A stretch of 56,272 nt of DNA, taken from positions 1-56,272 of the forward strand of contig DAOVVV010000016.1 of assembly GCA_030637025.1 (NCBI GenBank), given 5' to 3'. The DNA comes from Clostridia bacterium. Lineage in GTDB: Bacteria; CBDUZB01; JAGLHV01. Shown here piece by piece: positions 10,163-18,958 of the stretch. Positions within the stretch are counted from its first letter, which is position 1. Every line of letters begins with the position of its first letter. Both the position numbers and the translations under genes were made by a program. Below the pieces are notes generated by a model. The model did not search any database and had not been told where the DNA came from. It saw only the letters and a program-made list of their open reading frames with translations.

Positions 10163-11629
10163 TTAAAATTTAATTTCACAGGAGTTGTTTTTTTTATATC
10201 CGGACAAAAAAGCTTTTACTATATCCGGGTCAAATTGAGAACCGGAACATCTTTCTATTTCTTTTACAGCCATTTCTTCGGACAATTTACCACGGTAAGG
10301 CCTTTCCGAAGTTAAAGCATCAAAGGTATCGGCAACAGCAATAATTCTGGCAAATAAAGGAATTTCCGGACCCTGTAATTTGTCCGGATATCCATTACCA
10401 TCATATCTTTCATGATGATGGCGAATACCGGGAATAACTGTTTTTAGCTGTTTAATAGGTATTAGTATTGTTGCCCCCATTATTGGATGCTGATGGATTT
10501 CAATCCAATCTTCACGTGTTAATCTTTCTTTTTTAGTAAGTATTTCTTTAGATACGCCAATCTTCCCAATATCATGCAGTAATCCTGCTAATTGTATGTT
10601 TCGCTTACTTGTTTCATTCAAACCCAATTCTTTCGCAATAATAATCGAAAACATGGTTACGCGTTCAGAGTGGCCGCTAGTATAAGAATCTTTGGCATCA
10701 ATAGCAGCAGCTAATGTCTTTACAATAGAAATAAATAATTCGTCTAAATCTTCATATAAATTTACATTTTCTACGGCAATTGCTGTCGGTGCAACAAAAA
10801 CAGATAACATAGTGAGATCTCTTTGGGTAAACTTATTTACTATTCCCTGTCTACATAAATTAACTACTCCAAGTAATTTACCCTTCGTTAGCAACGGCGC
10901 ACTGATTCCTGAGCTTACCTCAGCAAATTGTTCCAGGTGTTTAAAACGGGTATCATCTTCTAATTTCCCGGTAATTAAAATCGGCTGAATTTCCTTGGCA
11001 ACATAACCGGCTATTCTCTCTCCTAATTTTGTTTTTTTTCCAATAATCCTCTTAGGCACCACTCCTGTCACCGATTTTACTACTAATTGACCGATTTTTT
11101 CATCGAATAGCATTATTGAGCCGCCTTCGGCTTTTAGCGTATCAGCAGCTAATTTTAAAATCGAATCAAGTAATTTATTTAACCCCATAAGTGAACTTAC
11201 AGCCTTGCACATTTCATATAAGTTTACCATTTCTTTTAATTTAACTACTTCCGATTCAAGATTTTGTTTTTGTAAACAATTTTTAATAGTGATTTCCATT
11301 TTATGAAGATTAATTGGTTTGGTAATATAACTAAAAGCTCCCATTTTCATCGCTTTCACTGCTGTTTCCACACTACCAAAAGCAGTCATTAATATAACTT
11401 CACATTTAGCAAAATGTTCTTTTATGTGCTTTAACAATTCAATTCCACCAATTTCATCCATTACCAGATCGGTAAGAACAACATTATAAAAACTTTTTTG
11501 TATTTTCTTTAGAGCTTCTTCCCCATTTTCTGCTGTTTCAACCTGATAACCATCAGCTTTAAGGCATTCGGCGCAACCGTTTCTAATATTTCTATCATCA
11601 TCAACAACTAAAATTCTTTCGTTTCCCAT
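10163..11629 (-). CDS. response regulator REC-GAF-HD-GYP (predicted cyclic-dinucleotide phosphodiesterase)
   Basis: ILVVDDD...TDLVM...KP receiver; central GAF; AIDAKDSYTSGHSERV, LLHDIGKIG, HHERYDGNGYP, VADTFDALTSERPYR. Confidence 0.93.
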   Translation of the reverse strand: MGNERILVVDDDRNIRNGCAECLKADGYQVETAENGEEALKKIQKSFYNVVLTDLVMDEIGGIELLKHIKEHFAKCEVILMTAFGSVETAVKAMKMGAFSYITKPINLHKMEITIKNCLQKQNLESEVVKLKEMVNLYEMCKAVSSLMGLNKLLDSILKLAADTLKAEGGSIMLFDEKIGQLVVKSVTGVVPKRIIGKKTKLGERIAGYVAKEIQPILITGKLEDDTRFKHLEQFAEVSSGISAPLLTKGKLLGVVNLCRQGIVNKFTQRDLTMLSVFVAPTAIAVENVNLYEDLDELFISIVKTLAAAIDAKDSYTSGHSERVTMFSIIIAKELGLNETSKRNIQLAGLLHDIGKIGVSKEILTKKERLTREDWIEIHQHPIMGATILIPIKQLKTVIPGIRHHHERYDGNGYPDKLQGPEIPLFARIIAVADTFDALTSERPYRGKLSEEMAVKEIERCSGSQFDPDIVKAFLSGYKKNNSCEIKF

Positions 11630-11706
11630 AATTTCCCCTTTTAATTAATTTTTTATTAAATCGATCGTAACTGCAAATTCTCATTTAAAAATAATTATAT
11701 AATATA

Positions 11707-11827
11707 AACTACCCCTCACCTAATTAAATCCGGAACCCTTCGACTCCCTTCAACGGAGTTTAGATCAATTCGAATACAAAGTTTTTGTCAGCAAGCAAAA
11801 AAAAATCTAAGACTCATAGAATTAAAA
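11707..11827. repeat. dispersed intergenic repeat family A (TACCCC / CCCTTCGACT / AGTTTTT-TCAGC modules)
   Basis: Aligns by eye with 30709-30904 and partly with 21089-21119 and 35379-35421. Confidence 0.75.
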
Positions 11828-11830
11828 TAC

Positions 11831-13249
11831 TTATTTTTTATTGGGCAATGTAAAATAAAAAATGCTTCCTTTTCCTAATGCACTTTCCACCCAGATATTA
11901 CCTTCGTGAAGTTTAATTATGGATTTAACAATTGTCAATCCTAAACCGGTTCCTTTAGAACCCCCTATCTTACTCTTTACACCTTTAACCTGTTCAAACT
12001 TATTAAATATTTTTTCTAAATCATCAGGAGGAATACCCATTCCGGTATCACTTACACTAAACTGTAGATATCCCCGGGTATTTTTAATTTCAACGGTTAT
12101 TATTCCATTTTCCGGAGTAAATTTAATTGCATTACTTAATAAGTTGTTAAACACTTGTCTTATTTTATCTGAATCGACCATTATCATCGGTAAGTTTTCC
12201 GTAATTTTACTAATAATTTGTATGCTTTTTTTATCGGATTGAACTACATACAATTGTATTGTTTCTCTGAGTATTGCTTTTATATCCACCAGTTGTTTAA
12301 TGATTTCCATCTTGCCTCTTTCCATTTTAGCAACATCTAAAAGGTCATTAATAAAATTATTTAATCGCTTAGAACTATCTTTCATTATAGTTAAAAAATC
12401 AATTTGTTTTTTGGTAAGTTCTCCTGTTGCACCTTTAAAAAAAAGGTCAATATACATCATTATGGACGTTAATGGTGAACGCAATTCATGGGACACACTG
12501 GAGACAAAATCCTGTTTCATATGGTCTAATTCTTTCAATTGGCAAGCCATAAGGTTAAATTCTTCGGCTAAAGATCCTAGTTCATCTTTATTATTAACCT
12601 CAATAATCGTATTCAATTTTCCCCTGCCAATCATTTTTGCGCCGTAAACTAACTTTTTAATTGGTCCAATCAAAGTTTGAGCCAGAATTAATGCACTAAA
12701 TATACCTATTATTAAAACAACAAAGGCAATAACAAAAATTCTTTGACCCGTTTGAGTAACCGTTTCTTCCATCATTTTATTTAATTCCCGTTGAGAAAAG
12801 CCAATGCGGGCAACACCTAATTTCTTATTTTCCATAAATACAGGTAAAGCGTAATCGGATATCCTCTCCCCCTTTTTGTTTTGGTAAGATTGAATTAACA
12901 ATTTTTTTATTTTAGTTGCTCTCAATCCTATAGGAGTTTTATCTTTTTCTTCTAAGCGTTGAATATTTGTATGTGCCAGAATTTTACCTTGCGAATTGGT
13001 AAATAACACATAAACTATATTTTTATTACGCATAAGAAAGTTAATATAATTAATCAAAAGAATTTGGTCCTTAGTAATTGAATATTCTTTACTTACCTGA
13101 ACTAATCCATCAACAAGATTTATCTGATTTTCTTTTATCTGATTAATTAGATGCCGCCGTTCAGCAAGAAACAAACAAATACTTACCCCTAAAAGAATAA
13201 ATACTACCAATAAGGTAGCAGCTAAAGTGAATTTTATTTTTAATTTCAA
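11831..13249 (-). CDS. membrane sensor histidine kinase (2 TM, periplasmic Cache/PDC-like region, HAMP, HisKA, HATPase)
   Basis: DELGSLAEEFNLM (HAMP), SHELRSPL, NLLSNAIKFT, DTGMGI, GTGLGL; TTG start. Confidence 0.95.
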   Translation of the reverse strand: MKLKIKFTLAATLLVVFILLGVSICLFLAERRHLINQIKENQINLVDGLVQVSKEYSITKDQILLINYINFLMRNKNIVYVLFTNSQGKILAHTNIQRLEEKDKTPIGLRATKIKKLLIQSYQNKKGERISDYALPVFMENKKLGVARIGFSQRELNKMMEETVTQTGQRIFVIAFVVLIIGIFSALILAQTLIGPIKKLVYGAKMIGRGKLNTIIEVNNKDELGSLAEEFNLMACQLKELDHMKQDFVSSVSHELRSPLTSIMMYIDLFFKGATGELTKKQIDFLTIMKDSSKRLNNFINDLLDVAKMERGKMEIIKQLVDIKAILRETIQLYVVQSDKKSIQIISKITENLPMIMVDSDKIRQVFNNLLSNAIKFTPENGIITVEIKNTRGYLQFSVSDTGMGIPPDDLEKIFNKFEQVKGVKSKIGGSKGTGLGLTIVKSIIKLHEGNIWVESALGKGSIFYFTLPNKK

Positions 13250-13254
13250 CCGGA

Positions 13255-15354
13255 TTACTCCTTATGATTTTGATCTATTTCTGCTTGTGCTCTTTTTAAG
13301 TTCTTCCTGGCCAGCTCTAAATCAGAATTAAGTTCCAATGCTTTTTTCCATGCCTTAATCGCCTGTTTCAATTTACCGTTACTGTATTCTACTAACCCCT
13401 GCTTATTATATTTATTAGCTTGATCATTATGAATCTTTGTTAATTTTTCCTGAATTTCTTTTAGAGAGGATATCGCCAATTTGTTTTTTGGATCCAACTT
13501 AACGACCTTTTTAAATTTTTTGATTGCTTCCGACAACCTTTTTTCTTTATAAAGCTTTGTTGCTTCTTTATAATAAACAATAGCAAACTGTTTATTAATT
13601 TTGGCTATATAAGCATTTGCTTGTGGATATTGGGAATTAAAAGTTAATATTTCCTTGAATTCTTTAAGTGCTTTCCCCCATTCTTCTTTTTGATATAGCT
13701 GTAATCCTTTTTTATAACACCTATCAACAATACCGTCTTTACTTTGCTTTACATATAATGCTATCTTTTTATAATCAGGATTTGTCAATAATATTTTTTT
13801 AAATTGATAAAGTGCTTCTTCAAAATGTTTCCCTTTGTAAAGGTATATTCCCTTTTCATAAACTCGCTTTATTCTTTGTTCTTTTTTAACCTCTTTGATT
13901 TTTTGTCGTTTTTGTTTAATAAAAGTAATGTACTCCTTAGCCTGCGTATAATAGGGATCAAGGGTTAAAACCTTATTTAATTCCTTTTTGGCATCAATGT
14001 AATTTCCGTTACTATAATATTCAACCCCTTTATCAAAAAAAGATTTTATAACTTCATTGAATCTCTTTTCCATTTTAGCCATATACTCTTTAGTCTCCCG
14101 ATGTTCAGGGAAAAGTTCAAGGATATTCTCGAATTCTGCCCGGGCACGAATCATTTCTCCGTCCTGATAATACTTCTTTCCTTTTTTTAAACATTCTTTA
14201 ATGTTTTTTAAAGTAACTACTTCTTCTACTTTCACCCGTGTACGGGCAAGCAACTCCAATGCTCTCTCATGTCCCGGGGCAACAGCTAAAATATTTTTAA
14301 ATTCTTTGTGTGCCTTGAGTAAATCCCCTCTTAAAAAGTATTTTTTTCCTATCAAAAAAGATTCTTCAATACTTTTTTCAATTTGAGTGTTTTCGTAATT
14401 CCGGCCAAAACGAAAAGAAATGCTGATTTTGTGTCCATCATCAAAATCATCCTTGGCCAAAAAGGCATAATCTAAATTCAACCCTTTAACCCTAAATCCT
14501 AATCCCAATCTTAAACCATTAGTCAAATCATCCTGTGATTTATACCCTATGCGTAGAGCTATTGAATTATGCACCCAAAATTCCCCTCCCAGATTAAGAA
14601 AAAAATCGTTATCCCGGGGAAAATTAAAATCCAGAGCCGCAATCAAATCGTTACCAAACAATTTATGTTTCCACGCTCCTCCGAATTTAATATTTAAAGG
14701 AAGGGCATCTCCTTCATCGATAAATTTCACCTCCGGTCCGATATTCTGTATATTAAGGCCCAAAACTAAAGATTTTAAAGGAGCCGGATATAACCACCCA
14801 ATATCCAAAGCATAAGCAGTTATTATATCATCATCGAGTTTTTCCTGGAAAACCTTAAAATTAATACCTCCGTCAAGGTTGCCTATTAACCGCCGTCCAT
14901 AAGCCAGACTAAAAGCAAAATCGTAAAAATTTAATTTTTCCGTCTTTACCCCGCCGGGATCGTAACCTTCAATATTTCCCACATTTAAAAAAGAAACGCT
15001 TACTCCCAAACCGCCTTTAAGTGCTTTTACCGGTTGAGCATAGGCAAGGAACTCATATCTTATCTCTTCTCCTTGCTCATCATGCATTAAAGTTATTTCA
15101 CTATAATCAATTCCGGAAAGGCCTGCTGAATTCCAATAAATAAGATTAACATCATCAGCAACGGCTACAAACGCTCCCCCTAAACCAACCGGCCTTGCCC
15201 CTACTTCCATTTTCAAAAAATTCGCTCCCGTAGTTCCCGGGGAAGAGGCAAAAACAGTATAAGGGATAAAACAAAATATACCCAAAAAAATCAAAAACCA
15301 ACCTACATTTTTTTGGTCAAATATTATTTTTTTAACCCTGCTTATTGTTTTCAC
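13255..15354 (-). CDS. PorV/PorQ (UPF0164) family outer-membrane beta-barrel fused to C-terminal TPR array
   Basis: GTTGANFLKMEVGARPVGLGGAFVAVADD..YWNSAGL N-terminus; barrel ends at HKISISFRFG (~aa 318); then ~380 aa of helical TPR-like repeats. Confidence 0.85.
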   Translation of the reverse strand: MKTISRVKKIIFDQKNVGWFLIFLGIFCFIPYTVFASSPGTTGANFLKMEVGARPVGLGGAFVAVADDVNLIYWNSAGLSGIDYSEITLMHDEQGEEIRYEFLAYAQPVKALKGGLGVSVSFLNVGNIEGYDPGGVKTEKLNFYDFAFSLAYGRRLIGNLDGGINFKVFQEKLDDDIITAYALDIGWLYPAPLKSLVLGLNIQNIGPEVKFIDEGDALPLNIKFGGAWKHKLFGNDLIAALDFNFPRDNDFFLNLGGEFWVHNSIALRIGYKSQDDLTNGLRLGLGFRVKGLNLDYAFLAKDDFDDGHKISISFRFGRNYENTQIEKSIEESFLIGKKYFLRGDLLKAHKEFKNILAVAPGHERALELLARTRVKVEEVVTLKNIKECLKKGKKYYQDGEMIRARAEFENILELFPEHRETKEYMAKMEKRFNEVIKSFFDKGVEYYSNGNYIDAKKELNKVLTLDPYYTQAKEYITFIKQKRQKIKEVKKEQRIKRVYEKGIYLYKGKHFEEALYQFKKILLTNPDYKKIALYVKQSKDGIVDRCYKKGLQLYQKEEWGKALKEFKEILTFNSQYPQANAYIAKINKQFAIVYYKEATKLYKEKRLSEAIKKFKKVVKLDPKNKLAISSLKEIQEKLTKIHNDQANKYNKQGLVEYSNGKLKQAIKAWKKALELNSDLELARKNLKRAQAEIDQNHKE

Positions 15355-15389
15355 TTTTTAACTCCTCAAAAAATTAACGGCCGGCACTC

Positions 15390-18300
15390 TTATTTTATAA
15401 TCATCAATTTTCCTTTTTTACTCTCTTTTTCGTTTTTAATTAAATAAAGATACACTCCGCTTGCCAATTTTTCACCGTGATCATTGGTAACATCCCAGTA
15501 CAAAATAGTGTCTCCGTTTGTATGTTCTATCTTCCTTACTAAATTTCCGTTGAGGGTAAAAATTTTTATTGTAGCCATAGGAGATAAATTAACAAAAGTG
15601 ATTTCTGTATCGCCCCGGCTCGGTTTAAAGGGTACGGGAAAAGCATAAGCATAAGATAAATCACTGTATGATGATCCGGCAAGGGCAAAAACAGAAGTAT
15701 GAATACTGGAAGCAGAAACTGTATTTGATTGTAAATCAACTACTGAATTAGCCAATCTTACCCAGAGGTTAGTTTTTTCGTCTAATCGATACATTTGTAA
15801 AGTTTCTTCCCGAACCGGAGGCATAGTGCCATCCACTATTCCATCTACAGGAGCAACATCACTGTAGGATAATGTTACTGCTATCGGTAAGTTAAAGTTA
15901 TCTTTTAAAATCCCACCGGTATTATTAAAAGTATTTATTTCGATTATAGTATCCTCCAGGACAAAACTAAACGGGTCTTTGTCTGTCTTAAGCTTATCGT
16001 TAGCTTGAAAAATATTATTCAATCCCACATATTGAGAATCGGAATTAATTACAAAGAAAAAGTCCTCAGACAAGCCGGAAGGCAAAACAAATAATCTGAT
16101 TTCCTCACTCCAACTTACTACCGTATTATTTTTGGTGTGGTCAATTATAGTACTAAAAGTAAAGTGGTCTTCCGCTAAAGGATTGCCAATCGTATCAGTA
16201 GCTTCGGAGGTAATGGTAACCTGATAAGTAAAATTTTTATTCAGGACAGAATCTGGAATAAAAACCAATTTAAAATCATCCGTATCATAAGAAACCACCC
16301 CGGAAAGCGGTTCATCAATCTCTCGCCCATCCTTATCCCTGACCCCTTTAATACTGATGGCTCCTTTAGTCTTTTCTTCATTCATCCTTTCATTAAAACT
16401 TATCTGAATGACAATATCAGTCTTTACCCCGTTCTCTTTATCCTGCGGTAAACGTGATAAAACATAAGGATACGCAGTATCTATACCTTCAAACGTTCCA
16501 CTAATAGTGCTGGTATCAATACAAACATTTCCTAATAAACCATCGGTAATAGCAGTAATATTACCGGACACAGTAATAGTATCTCCTATACAAACAGTAG
16601 CACTGCTTGCCTGTGCACCAAAAGAAATAGTTAATTCATCTCCATCGGCATTCCAATTACCCGAAGCATCTCTCCATGAATGAGAATCATTTAAAACAAA
16701 AACACTATCAATATTTACCTGGTCAATGGTCGGACGATTGGTTCCCTCACTAAAACAAATAATTACCGTATCATCACTATCCACACCGGGCACCAGGATT
16801 ACTCCATCACTAGCTACAGCACTTAAAACTGCCGGGGGACTTTTATCGGAACATACGATATTTGATGAGCTGTCTAAAGGATTGCCGTTAAGGTCGGTTA
16901 AAGAACCTTTGATATAAGTCAAATAAGGGGTTGCATCCGTTTCTAATACATTATCTTCAAAGGTAATGTAAATATGATCATGAGGCGGTCCACCGGCAAG
17001 ATAAGTCTCACCAGTGACAACAGTTACATCAAAATCAGTCGCCACTACCGTCATAGTATCTATTTCTTCACTAAAAATAATATGAATAGCATCAATGTAA
17101 CCATTGCAATTTAAATCCTGTGTTTCCCGGGAAGATATATAAGGAGGAGAAGTATCATTCCCAAAATCTCCTCCCAAAACTATATCATTATCGCAATAAT
17201 TACCGTTGCCATCCCCAATAGTAATTCCATCAGGGGTAATAGTATCTCCAGCGGCAATGGTTGGAGCACCCCCCCCGGCAGAAAGGGTGACTAATAAAAC
17301 CGATGAGTTAATCCAGCTACTTGAATCTATACATCCATTTCCATCTTTCCATGTATGACCACCACTCAAAGCAAGCACAGTATCAATATTAGCGGCATTT
17401 ATCAGGGGAGCATTTGTATTTTCAGAAAAAATAAACTGTACAGTATCTCCTGCCTGAACTCCTACTCCACCACCGGAATCATCACTAGCCTGGGCGGAAA
17501 CAATACGGGGTCCAACCTTATCCTGTTCAATAACATCATTTTCCCCGACATTAGCCAAAAACTCGCCAAAAAAGCTTTCTAATGTACCGGGAGGACGGGA
17601 ATAGGTTAACTGTGGTTTATTTGCCGTATCGGCAGAACCACTCTCATCAAAACTAATAAAAATATCCGCATCATTTGGCGTATCCGGATTATTGGGTAAA
17701 CCGGTACTGCTAAAAGCTTCATTACTATATCCAACGATATCAAATCCATTAGCCTGCGAATCTAAAGAAGAATCCTTAACCGGGGCGGAAAAAAAGATAT
17801 GGTAAGCATCAATCTGGCCATCTTCATCATCGTCTATAGTTTGGGCATCAATAATTAAAAATCTCGCACTGTAAACAACTTTAACTTCCACATAATCTAT
17901 ATAAAGATTAGAATATGCCCAATCACCGTTTCTAAAAAGTATCTCCATATTATTAAGCTCAGCCGGGGTAGTAATCAAATGGGATACATCGTACTCCAAG
18001 CCATCATCCCAATCATACCACCAGCCCCCTACAAGTGTATAACTGGTTATATTGACATCTTCGCCCTGTTCATTTCCCCTAATATCATCAGACCATTTAC
18101 TATAATCTCTATTATTACTACAATCTACATAAAATGTGCTCAGCTCGCTAGGCGGTCCATAGCCACATCTGAAGCGAATTATAACCGAATCAATACCATA
18201 ACCAGGCTTATCAAACTTATCAAAATAAATGCCTATCCATTTGTTAGCAGTAATAATTCTCCCTTGGTCAACAGGAACATCCGTACCCCCATCTAACAGA

Positions 18301-18467
18301 TTAAGATACTTATTCCAATCAAGTTCGGATAAAGTTCTATTTTGTCGAGCAGCAAATCCATCAACAACCTTTAAAGTAATTTCTTCCGCAACGGTTAACG
18401 AAGAAAAAATAATGAAAAAAGTTAATATCAAAAAAACCAATAGATTAATTTTAAATATTTTTTTCAT
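15390..18467 (-). CDS. secreted multi-Ig-like protein with T9SS type-A-like C-terminal sorting domain
   Basis: Signal peptide; acidic beta-rich internal repeats; Big_5-like DTAYPYVLSRLP...ISFNERM; C-terminus YAFPVPFKP...IKIFTLNGNLV...WD...LASGVYLY...KLMIIK. Confidence 0.8.
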   Translation of the reverse strand: MKKIFKINLLVFLILTFFIIFSSLTVAEEITLKVVDGFAARQNRTLSELDWNKYLNLLDGGTDVPVDQGRIITANKWIGIYFDKFDKPGYGIDSVIIRFRCGYGPPSELSTFYVDCSNNRDYSKWSDDIRGNEQGEDVNITSYTLVGGWWYDWDDGLEYDVSHLITTPAELNNMEILFRNGDWAYSNLYIDYVEVKVVYSARFLIIDAQTIDDDEDGQIDAYHIFFSAPVKDSSLDSQANGFDIVGYSNEAFSSTGLPNNPDTPNDADIFISFDESGSADTANKPQLTYSRPPGTLESFFGEFLANVGENDVIEQDKVGPRIVSAQASDDSGGGVGVQAGDTVQFIFSENTNAPLINAANIDTVLALSGGHTWKDGNGCIDSSSWINSSVLLVTLSAGGGAPTIAAGDTITPDGITIGDGNGNYCDNDIVLGGDFGNDTSPPYISSRETQDLNCNGYIDAIHIIFSEEIDTMTVVATDFDVTVVTGETYLAGGPPHDHIYITFEDNVLETDATPYLTYIKGSLTDLNGNPLDSSSNIVCSDKSPPAVLSAVASDGVILVPGVDSDDTVIICFSEGTNRPTIDQVNIDSVFVLNDSHSWRDASGNWNADGDELTISFGAQASSATVCIGDTITVSGNITAITDGLLGNVCIDTSTISGTFEGIDTAYPYVLSRLPQDKENGVKTDIVIQISFNERMNEEKTKGAISIKGVRDKDGREIDEPLSGVVSYDTDDFKLVFIPDSVLNKNFTYQVTITSEATDTIGNPLAEDHFTFSTIIDHTKNNTVVSWSEEIRLFVLPSGLSEDFFFVINSDSQYVGLNNIFQANDKLKTDKDPFSFVLEDTIIEINTFNNTGGILKDNFNLPIAVTLSYSDVAPVDGIVDGTMPPVREETLQMYRLDEKTNLWVRLANSVVDLQSNTVSASSIHTSVFALAGSSYSDLSYAYAFPVPFKPSRGDTEITFVNLSPMATIKIFTLNGNLVRKIEHTNGDTILYWDVTNDHGEKLASGVYLYLIKNEKESKKGKLMIIK

Positions 18468-18550
18468 TTTACGAGTAATCCTTTTATTATTAAAGAGTTA
18501 CTATTTAAATTTTTTATTCCTCACTTCTTTAAAACAATATACCCAATATA

Positions 18551-18579
18551 AAGATAACACGCAAAAAGTAAATCGTCAA
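18551..18579 (-). promoter_or_regulatory. putative sigma70 promoter TTGACG-17-TATCTT (extended -10 TG) for the cargo/PorV/kinase operon
   Basis: + strand AAGATA 18551-18556, CGTCAA 18574-18579. Confidence 0.5.
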
Positions 18580-18777
18580 CATGAATTTAAAAAAAACAAC
18601 ACATCACTATTTAAAAATATAATAGCCCAAACTTTCAATATATACAAAAGTAGAAATAAAAAAGGGGAAAGCAACAAGATTTGTCTTTTTATCTTTTTAG
18701 TTTATACATATCAACTAACTATTGAGCATCAGTCACTCCCTATTTGCAATCTTTTATCCAAATCAACAAATTTAAAT

Positions 18778-18958
18778 TCCGCCTTACAGACTGGCTGACC
18801 CGCCTTAAAAATTGGCGGACAGGCAATTAAACTGTCTTTTAACTTTGTGCCTGTTGTTTTCTTTTAACCGTCTTTTTCTTTTGTCCTTTAACCAATGTAA
18901 CTAATAAAACCAATCTAAACCAACTAACTGTTTTTTAACCGTTTTTTAACTGTCTTTT
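18778..18958. repeat. CCGCC/GGCGG hairpin plus short tandem repeats (AACYGTYTTTT 11-mers and AACCAAT-like 9-mers) downstream of EF-G gene
   Basis: Three tandem 11-mers at 18926-18958, further copies near 18830 and 18866; hairpin 18800-18818. Confidence 0.6.
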
